Shown piece by piece: positions 9,181 through 18,024 of a stretch of DNA of 32,000 nt. The position numbers and the translations under genes were made by a program. Source of the stretch: an uncultured bacterium (GTDB lineage Bacteria > Margulisbacteria > WOR-1 > CAVSGV01); NCBI GenBank assembly GCA_963699255.1, contig OY969425.1:810001-842000 (forward strand), given 5' to 3'. The notes under the pieces were generated by a model. That model was not told where the DNA came from and did not search any database. It was given only the letters and a program-made list of their open reading frames with translations. The stretch's first letter is position 1, and the number at the start of each line of letters is the position of its first letter.

Positions 9181-10052
9181 TGGCGGAGTATAACTATCTT
9201 TATCCGATCAAGCTCTCTGGCGCTGCCGCCGGATCCTGAAACGATGCTGAGTAAATAAACGCCGGAAGGCAATTCCTGGTTGAAATCCGATATGGCGTTC
9301 CAGGGAACGGAGTTTTCTCCGGCCGCTCCGCCGTTCTCTCCCGCCGGGATCGTCTTCTGCCAGGCGATCGCGCCTCTCTGGTTGAATAAATAAAGCGTTA
9401 TTGTCGCCGAGGTATTGAGCGTGTATTTTATCATTGTAGGGCCGTTGTACGGGTTGAACGGATTCGGCTCGTTGAAGGGAGTCCCGATCACCTCCACACG
9501 ATTATGGGACAGGACAGCAAACCCCTTGGCAAGGGTGCCTATCTTGCCGTAACCTGTATTTATGACCGCCACATTGCGCGCTCCGGTAACAGCGCCGGTC
9601 AGGTCAAAAGTACATTCCATGCTCGTTGAACTTTCGATCGTGACCGTTGTTCCGTCAATGTCCGTCAGGCTTGGGCCGGTGAGTCTGGCTGTAGCGTCTG
9701 AGGAAATATTCCAGCCGTTAATGATCACCCTGTATGACGTGTAATTATACCCGGTCGCCGGTTTGATGGCTTTGACCACGGGCGTTTCAGCCGTTGCTGC
9801 AGCGCCTGTGCCGTAAACTATGCCCAGGAACCTGCTTTCCAGCGTGTGGCTTGAGTTCGTCATTGCCTTCGGGGCGACTTCCCTCAGTTTGCCGAACAGC
9901 TTGTGGCTGGTCGATCCCATGGAAGCACCGCCAAGGTCAATGACCTCGGAGGATATCGCGTAGTCTGCGTTGGTGGCGGCAAGTGAAGCCGGTGAAGTGA
10001 AAAATAATAATATTATAAGTATTTCGATCGCATGTTTATTCACATTAAACAC
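9177..10052 (-). CDS. Exported protein with C-terminal FlgD-Ig/T9SS-sorting-like domain
   Basis: Signal peptide MFNVNKHAIEILIILLFFTSPASLAATN; C-terminus FNPYNGPTMIKYTLNTSATITLYLFNQRGAIAWQKT...WNAISDFNQELPSGVYLLSIVSG...KIVILRQ. Overlaps the next gene by 4 nt. Confidence 0.7.
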   Translation of the reverse strand: MFNVNKHAIEILIILLFFTSPASLAATNADYAISSEVIDLGGASMGSTSHKLFGKLREVAPKAMTNSSHTLESRFLGIVYGTGAAATAETPVVKAIKPATGYNYTSYRVIINGWNISSDATARLTGPSLTDIDGTTVTIESSTSMECTFDLTGAVTGARNVAVINTGYGKIGTLAKGFAVLSHNRVEVIGTPFNEPNPFNPYNGPTMIKYTLNTSATITLYLFNQRGAIAWQKTIPAGENGGAAGENSVPWNAISDFNQELPSGVYLLSIVSGSGGSARELDRIKIVILRQ

Positions 10053-10089
10053 TTATTATTTTAGTTCCTTAATTATTTTATATGATCCT

Positions 10090-13000
10090 TTATATGATTT
10101 GAACCGCAATCCAGTTTGTTGGATGGCTTGCGGAGTTGCTGCTGTCAGTTATTTGGACGTTATTTCCGGATAAACCACAGGAGATACCTGTTGCCGTAAA
10201 TTCACTTTGGACCTTAACATGATAGGTACTGTCATAGGCATCCCAGCGACAGAAAGCCAGCCATTTTCCGATGCCAAGCGTAGCCCCATAGTCTGCTGCC
10301 GGCCCTGAGGCGGTAATTTCCCACACTTCCGGGGCAGATCCTCCTAAAGTTAGTATAGTAGTAGCGCTGGTAGCAGTTATACTGCCGGAAGTTGTATAAA
10401 ACCCCGTGGCTTTCACGCTGCCACTTACCTCTAATAACTCTCCTGGAGTGTTCGTCCCTATACCCACATTCCCGGTTTTAAATATCGCACTATATGTGCC
10501 CCCTGCTATATCAACCTCATGAGGGGTGACACTATTATAAAAGACCCCTCCCCAACCACCTGAACTGTTAGCCTGTCCCAAGATGCCCTGGCCAGCTACG
10601 GTATTCCCTGCAATTGCACCATATGTAAAGTCACCAACTGAACTTCCGTTATTAACAGTCAACTTACTTCCTGGATTCGTCGTCCCGATGCCAACATTGC
10701 CTGTACCGCCGGCATTTACAAAAATTGAAGGTACAGCGCCTTCTAGAGTGGTTACCTGCAATTTCCCCGTCGGACTTGTCGTCCCTATACCAACGCTGCC
10801 CTGCAAAAGGGTTTTTGTAATTGAGCTGTTGCCCAATACAACTGCGTTTGATGCCGTCGCCTGCGCGCTGTATCCTATTGCGATGGCGTTTGTAAGGTTG
10901 TTAACCGAAGTATTGGCGCTCTCCCCAATGAAAACGCACTGATTATTGTTATCGAGTGTTGTTCCTGAATTGAATCCGGCGCGATAACCGAACCCCACAT
11001 TGTCGCTTCCGGTAGCGTTGCTGTACAAAGCGCCGTCACCCATAGCGGTATTGTTATTTCCCGTTGTGTTCATGTCGAGCGCGGGGTTTCCGACCGCCGA
11101 GTTCCTGCCGCCGCTTGTGTTGCTTGAAAGCGCGCCGAATCCCAGTGCCGTATTGTCGAAGCCGGTGCTATTGCTTCCAAGCACGTTATATCCAACGGCG
11201 GTATTGCCGCCGACCGACGTAGAGGTACTTCCGCCGGCATTGTATCCTATGAACGTCTCTTGAAATCCTGACGTATTATCAAAATCCATATTCAACGATG
11301 AGCTTTTAACTTGTAAAGTGTTATTCGGACTCGTCGTCCCGATGCCGACCCTATTATTAGCTGGATTAACAATTAATGCGGAAGAATCCACAGTAAGATA
11401 TCCGGTAGTCGAGATATTTATGGCTGAATTCAAGTCTGATCCAACTATCGTCCCATCAAGTATCGCGTCTGAGGTTACTGAACCTGTTCCCATATTCACA
11501 GCTGTTATCGTGTTGTTCGCTATAGCATCAGAAGTAACCGAATCCGACCCCATATTCGCTGCTGTTATCGTGTTGTTCGCTATCTTCGCTCCCGTAACAT
11601 TGGCATTGAGTATCTTTGCGGTTATTACCGCGTTTGATCCTATTGCATCTGCTGTCACTGAACCTGTTCCCATATTCGTCGCATTGATGGTGTTATTGGC
11701 TATAGCATCATTAGTCACTGAGTTTGTTCCCATATTCGCCGCTGTGATCGTGTTATTCGCTATCTTCGCTCCTGTTACATTGGCATTGAGTATCTTTGCG
11801 GTTATTACCGCGTTTGATCCTATTGCATCTGCTGTCACTGAACCTGTTCCCATATTCGTCGCATTGATGGTGTTATTGGCTATAGCATCATTAGTCACTG
11901 AGTTTGTTCCCATATTCGCCGCTGTGATCGTGTTATTCGCTATCTTCGCTCCTGTTACATTGGCGTTGAGGATCTTTGCGGTTATTACCGCGTTTGATCC
12001 TATTGCATCTGCTGTTACAGATCCTGTTCCCATATTCGCCGCTGTGATCGTGTTATTCGATATGGCTCCCGTAGTTACTACTCCACTCCCAAAATATGAT
12101 GCCTGTAACTTACCGACGCCTATTGTTGGGCTTGGATATGTCCCCGTCAAATCTCCTGAAGCGCTCCCTCCGGGCGCCACTCCTGATATTGTTGTGTTCG
12201 ATGCCGCCGTTAATCTCCCATCTGCATCTACCGTATATGTGCCAACTTGTGTAGCGCTCCCGTATGTCCCCGCTGTTACTGCTGTCGATGCCAGCGCGTC
12301 AGCTGTTACTGAGTTGGTTGCCATATTCGCTGCTACAATCGTGTTGTTCGCTATCGCATCATTAGTCACTGAATCTGAACCCATCTTGGATGCTGTGATC
12401 GTGTTATTGGCTATGGCTCCCGTAGTTACTACTCCACTCCCAAAATATGATGCCTGTAACTTACCGACGCCTATTGTTGGGCTTGGATATGTCCCCGTTA
12501 AGTCTCCTGAAGCGCTTCCCCCAGGTGCTACTCCTGATATTGTGGTATTTGATGCTGCTGTTAATCTACCATCAGCACCTACTGTATAGGTGCCGACCTG
12601 TGTAGCAGAACCGTATGACCCCGCTGTTACTGCTGTCGATGCTAATGCGTCTGATGTTACTGAACCTGTTCCCATATTCACAGCTGTTATCGTATTATTA
12701 GCTATCTTCGCCCCTGTAACATTTGCATTGAGGATCTTTGCGGTTATTACGGCATTTGATCCTATTGCGTCTGATGTTACTGATCCTGTTCCCATATTTG
12801 ATGCAGCGATCGTGTTGTTCGCTATCTTCGAGTTTGTAACTGCACCGGATGCGATAGTCGGGCTTGGATATGTTCCCGTCAGATCCCCTGAAGCGCTTCC
12901 TCCCGGGGCTACTCCTGATATTGTGGTATTTGATGCTGCTGTTAATCTACCATCAGCACCTACTGTATAGGTGCCGACCTGTGTAGCAGAACCGTATGAC

Positions 13001-16000
13001 CCCGCTGTTACTGCTGTCGATGCTAATGCGTCTGATGTTACTGAACCTGTTCCCATATTCACAGCTGTTATCGTATTATTAGCTATCTTCGCCCCTGTAA
13101 CATTTGCATTGAGGATCTTTGCGGTTATTACGGCATTTGATCCTATTGCGTCTGATGTTACTGATCCTGTTCCCATATTTGATGCAGCGATCGTGTTGTT
13201 CGCTATCTTCGAGTTTGTAACTGCACCGGATGCGATAGTCGGGCTTGGATATGTTCCCGTCAGATCCCCTGAAGCGCTTCCTCCCGGGGCTACTCCTGAT
13301 ATTGTGGTATTTGATGCTGCTGTTAATCTACCATCAGCACCTACTGTATAGGTGCCGACCTGTGTAGCAGAACCGTATGACCCCGCTGTTACTGCTGTCG
13401 ATGCTAATGCGTCTGATGTTACTGAACCTGTTCCCATATTCACAGCTGTTATCGTATTATTAGCTATCTTCGCCCCTGTAACATTTGCATTGAGGATCTT
13501 TGCGGTTATTACGGCATTTGATCCTATTGCGTCTGATGTTACTGATCCTGTTCCCATATTTGATGCAGCGATCGTGTTGTTCGCTATCTTCGAGTTTGTA
13601 ACTGCACCGGATGCGATAGTCGGGCTTGGATATGTTCCCGTCAGATCCCCTGAAGCGCTTCCTCCCGGGGCTACTCCTGATATTGTTGTGTTCGATGCTG
13701 CCGTTAATCTACCGTCAGCATCTACCGTATATGTTCCCACCTGTGTCGCGCTTCCGTATGACCCTGCTGTTACTGCTGTCGATGCCAAGGCATCTGCTGT
13801 TACTGAGTTGGTTGTCATCTTTGCCGCTGTAATGGTGTTATTCGCTATCGCATCAGAAGTCACCGAGTTCGTTCCCATTTTGACCGCTGTTATGGTGTTA
13901 TTCGCTATGGCTCCTGTAGTTACCACTCCACTCCCAAAATATGATGCCTGGATCTTACCGACGCCTATTGTAGGGCTTGGATATGTTCCCGTCAGGTCTC
14001 CTGAAGCGCTTCCTCCGGGCGCCACTCCAGATATTGTTGTGTTCGATGCTGCGGTTAACCTTCCGTCTGCATCTACCGTATATGTTCCCACCTGTGTCGC
14101 GCTTCCGTATGACCCCGCTGTTACTGCTGTCGATGCCAGCGCATCTGCTGTTACTGAGTTCGTTCCCATATATGATGCTTGGATCTTACCAACGCCTATT
14201 GTAGGGCTTGGATATGTCCCCGTTAAGTCTCCTGAAGCGCTTCCTCCGGGCGCCACTCCAGATATTGTTGTGTTCGATGCTGCGGTTAATCTACCATCAG
14301 CACCTACTGTATAGGTGCCGACCTGTGTAGCAGAACCGTATGACCCCGCTGTTACTGCTGTCGATGCCAGCGCATCTGCTGTTACTGAGTTTGTTCCCAT
14401 ATTTGATGCTGTTATCGTGTTATCAGCTATCTTCGCCCCTGTAACATTTGCATTGAGGATCTTTGCGGTTATTACGGCATTTGATGCTATTGCGTCTGAT
14501 GTTACTGAGTTCGTTCCCATATATGATGCCTGGATCTTACCGACGCCTATTGTAGGGCTTGGATATGTCCCCGTTAAGTCTCCTGAAGCGCTTCCTCCGG
14601 GCGCCACTCCAGATATTGTTGTGTTCGATGCTGCGGTTAACCTTCCGTCTGCATCTACCGTATATGTTCCCACCTGTGTCGCGCTTCCGTATGACCCCGC
14701 TGTTACTGCTGTCGATGCCAGCGCATCTGCTGTTACTGAGTTCGTTCCCATATATGATGCCTGGATCTTACCAACGCCTATTGTAGGGCTTGGATATGTC
14801 CCCGTTAAGTCTCCTGAAGCGCTTCCTCCGGGCGCCACTCCAGATATTGTTGTGTTCGATGCTGCGGTTAACCTTCCGTCTGCATCTACCGTATATGTTC
14901 CCACCTGTGTCGCGCTTCCGTATGACCCCGCTGTTACTGCTGTCGATGCCAGCGCATCTGCTGTTACTGAGTTCGTTCCCATATATGATGCTTGGATCTT
15001 ACCAACGCCTATTGTAGGGCTTGGATATGTCCCCGTTAAGTCTCCTGAAGCGCTTCCTCCGGGCGCCACTCCAGATATTGTTGTGTTCGATGCTGCGGTT
15101 AACCTTCCGTCTGCATCTACCGTATATGTTCCCACCTGTGTCGCGCTTCCGTATGACCCCGCTGTTACTGCTGTCGATGCCAGCGCATCTGCTGTTACTG
15201 AGTTCGTTCCCATATATGATGCTTGGATCTTACCAACGCCTATTGTAGGGCTTGGATATGTCCCCGTTAAGTCTCCTGAAGCGCTTCCTCCGGGCGCCAC
15301 TCCAGATATTGTTGTGTTCGATGCTGCGGTTAACCTTCCGTCTGCATCTACCGTATATGTTCCCACCTGTGTCGCGCTTCCGTATGACCCCGCTGTTACT
15401 GCTGTTGATGCCAATGCGTCTGATGTTACTGAACCTGTTCCCATATTCAAAGCTGTGATCGTATTATTTGCTATCTTCGATGTCGTAACCGCGCCGGATG
15501 CGATAGTGGGATTTGGATATGTTCCTGTTAGATCCCCTCCGGCGCTTCCCGCCGGATTAATAGTAACATTTGTAGCGCCTGTTATTCTCCCATCTGCATC
15601 TACTGTTATTAAAGTAGCTTGTGTAGTAGAGCCATATGTCCCGGCGGTTACTGCTGTCGGAGCTAACGCATCTGTTGTTACTGAACCTTTTCCCATATTC
15701 AAAGCTGTGATCGTGTTGTTCGCTATGGCTCCCGAAGTTACCACGCCACTTCCAAAATATGATGCCTGGAGCTTACCTACGCCTATCGTCGGATCTGGAT
15801 ATGTCCCCGTCAGGTCTCCTCCCGCACTTCCTCCTGGGGCTACTCCTGATATAGCAACGTTTGATGCACCTGTTAATCGTCCGTCTGCATCTACCGTTAC
15901 TAACGCAGATTGTGTTGTTGATCCATATGTACCGGCCGTTACTGTTGTCGATGCTAACGCGTCTGCCGTTACCGAATTTGTTCCCATATTCGCCGCTGTG

Positions 16001-16929
16001 ATCGTATTATTCGCTATCTTCGCTCCCGTGACATTGGCATTAAGGATCTTCACTGTTGTTACCGCGTTTGATGCTATATCAGCTGCCACTATTGTTCCAT
16101 CTAAAATAGCTCCTGTAGTTACCACTCCAGTTCCGAAATATGATGCCTGTAACTTTCCGGCTCCTATCGTCGGGTTTGGATATGTTCCTGTCAGAATCTC
16201 CTCCTGCGCTTCCTCCAGGCGCTACTCCTGATATTGTGGTATTTGATGCCGCCGTCAATCTCCCGTCCGCGTCTACCGTATATGTGCCCACCTGCGTCGC
16301 GCTTCCGTATGACCCCGCTGTTACTGCTGTCGATGCCAGCGCATCAGCTGTTACCGAGTTTGTTCCCATATTTGATGCCGTGATCGTGTTGTTCGCTATG
16401 GCTCCTGAAGTGACCGCTCCTGTTGTCAGCATTGCCGCAGTTATTGAAGCATTTGAAGGCGTTCTTGTATCTGAAAGTCTTGTGTCATCAGCAGTTACCA
16501 CATGACAAGCGGATGTATCAGCAGATGGAGTTTCAAGTGAAACAACACCTTGAACTGCAGTTGTCGCTGCTGTTGAACATGTCGTCGCGGTCCCCGATAA
16601 GGTAGAATAAGCCACAGATCCAGAACAGGCGGACGATATTCCTGAAAGAGCGGCATAATTAGCAGTTAAAGCAGTGTCGGCATTTACATTCGGTTCCCAT
16701 ATGAGCAGCCCAGAACCGTCGTTCTTTAAATATGTATTTGCGGACCCTTGTAAAGACGGCCAGGTATATATAAGCCCGTTAAATTTGATGTATGCGGCAT
16801 CCAGAGTGCCGGTAACCGTTATAGGCCCATTTACTGCTTCAGGGAACCGGGTCCCGGGCCTCCAGTTTGGATCGCCAGAGCCGGCACGCTCATCAAAATA
16901 AGGATCGCCCATATCACTGACCTTTTCAT
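10090..16929 (-). CDS. Giant exported tail-fibre/adhesin-like repeat protein, about 2,270 codons across two frameshifts (near 16850 and 16195)
   Basis: Signal peptide MKRSVIWAILILMSVPALA starts at 16929. The middle part lies in the 16079..16912 frame and the rest in the 10090..16125 ORF. Dozens of modules read VTAGSYGSATQVGTYTVDADGRLTAASNTTISGVAPGGSASGDLTGTYPSPTI; distal region has GIGTTSP, TAVGYNVLGSN, and ALGFGALSSNTSG (YadA-head/phage-tail-fibre-like). Confidence 0.8.
11570..12010 (-). repeat. Tandem 180-bp coding repeats (60 aa unit)
   Basis: GTGSVTADAIGSNAVITAKILNANVTGAKIANNTITAANMGTNSVTNDAIANNTINATNM recurs; the tatctttgcggttattacc string recurs every 180 bp. Borders approximate. Confidence 0.75.
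12541..13683 (-). repeat. Three head-to-tail copies of a 381-bp coding repeat (127 aa unit)
   Basis: The string tgtggtatttgatgctgctgttaatctaccatcagcacctactgtatagg starts at 12541, 12922 and 13303; the copies appear identical by eye along their full length. Confidence 0.9.
14510..15440 (-). repeat. Tandem 231-bp coding repeats (77 aa unit), about four copies
   Basis: The module KIQASYMGTNSVTADALASTAVTAGSYGSATQVGTYTVDADGRLTAASNTTISGVAPGGSASGDLTGTYPSPTIGVG recurs; antisense track ORFs start at 14559, 14790, 15021 and 15252, spaced exactly 231 bp. Borders approximate. Confidence 0.85.
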
Positions 16930-17056
16930 TGGCATCCCCTTCCTTTTAAAGATCCGGGCTTGCTATATTTGTAATCATATTGCTCCCGGCATGAGCAGCC
17001 AGCAGATATCCGCTCCTGAGGAGTAAGGCAGGTTTCGCTCTTGGAGAAGAGAGATC

Positions 17057-17998
17057 TTATTGCTTGGGCTGTATGCTTATCTTGCCAGCATCCGCCCAGT
17101 CGCTCTCAGCTCCCAGGCCAGTTATTATCCCGCCGCTCACATTTATTGTCCGGACCTTTTTCTGGAGCGTGCCATCCGCATTGAGACGGATATCGGTAAC
17201 CTGAACATAATTTTCAGAAATACCATCTGCTCCTTTTTGATTGAATCCGGAGTCAGATCTTACAGCGCCTGAAACGTTCAACCCGCCCCCCTGAAGGACC
17301 ACCCGTCCATTGCCGGATGGTATCAGGGTGATATTTTGGTCCGACCCGCCGGCGGAAAATGTCAAGGCACCGGAACCTGAGATAGAACCATTGTCACTTC
17401 CGGTCCCGCCGTGAGCCGCGCCCAAGATCCCGGAAGTGAGATCCGCGGTCGAGTGCGTATGCCCGCTTAAGGAAACCGCGACGCCGGCTTGCGTGATGGT
17501 CTTAGCATCCAGAGGCCCGGCAACGGTCAGATCATTAGAGCGCAGGGTCGGGACTTCCAGCGACTTGCTGATTATCGCACTATCGGTCTTTAATGTTTTA
17601 GAGCGCAGGTCCGCGGTCTCCATCCACCCATTGGAGATTATCCCGGTATCAACCTTTAATGTTTTCGCGGCATTATCCCAAAGTAAACCGGGGTCTCCCG
17701 CAAATGAATTATCCAGATTGAACTGGAGAGCGCCATTCGACCCTCCAGGGACTATCTCCTTTTGCCATGAGAGTTTTCCTTTGCCTTCATTTTTCAAATA
17801 GGTCCCTGATTCCTGAGTAGAGGGCCAGTTGTAGCTTATCCGGTTGAAAACCGTCAACCCTACAACCTTTATTGCCCCGCTTACCTCCAGTGTTCCTCTT
17901 ATTCCCTCCCTGGCACTGATCCCCGGACCTCCGAACGGAACTGCAAATACCGGTACGCTCAACAACAGGACCATTGCTACTATTAACAGCTTTTTCAT
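17057..17998 (-). CDS. Short exported paralogue of the fibre-like proteins
   Basis: MKKLLIVAMVLLLSVPVFA signal; NRISYNWPSTQESGTYLKNEGKGKLSWQK resembles the N-terminal cap of the neighbours; HTHSTADLTSGILGAAHGGTGSDN is a tail-fibre-like motif. Confidence 0.8.
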   Translation of the reverse strand: MKKLLIVAMVLLLSVPVFAVPFGGPGISAREGIRGTLEVSGAIKVVGLTVFNRISYNWPSTQESGTYLKNEGKGKLSWQKEIVPGGSNGALQFNLDNSFAGDPGLLWDNAAKTLKVDTGIISNGWMETADLRSKTLKTDSAIISKSLEVPTLRSNDLTVAGPLDAKTITQAGVAVSLSGHTHSTADLTSGILGAAHGGTGSDNGSISGSGALTFSAGGSDQNITLIPSGNGRVVLQGGGLNVSGAVRSDSGFNQKGADGISENYVQVTDIRLNADGTLQKKVRTINVSGGIITGLGAESDWADAGKISIQPKQ

Positions 17999-18024
17999 TG
18001 CTTATCCTCCCTTTCTATTTTCCC

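Noticed and set aside
16079-16912. The 277-aa ORF as a separate gene starting MGDPYFDERAGSGDPNW
   Set aside because: That start is an out-of-frame reading of the signal peptide coding sequence; the C-terminal tail (SDRNISKPDDRSRK...) is an out-of-frame reading of the next repeat module. It is a fragment of the giant fibre gene.
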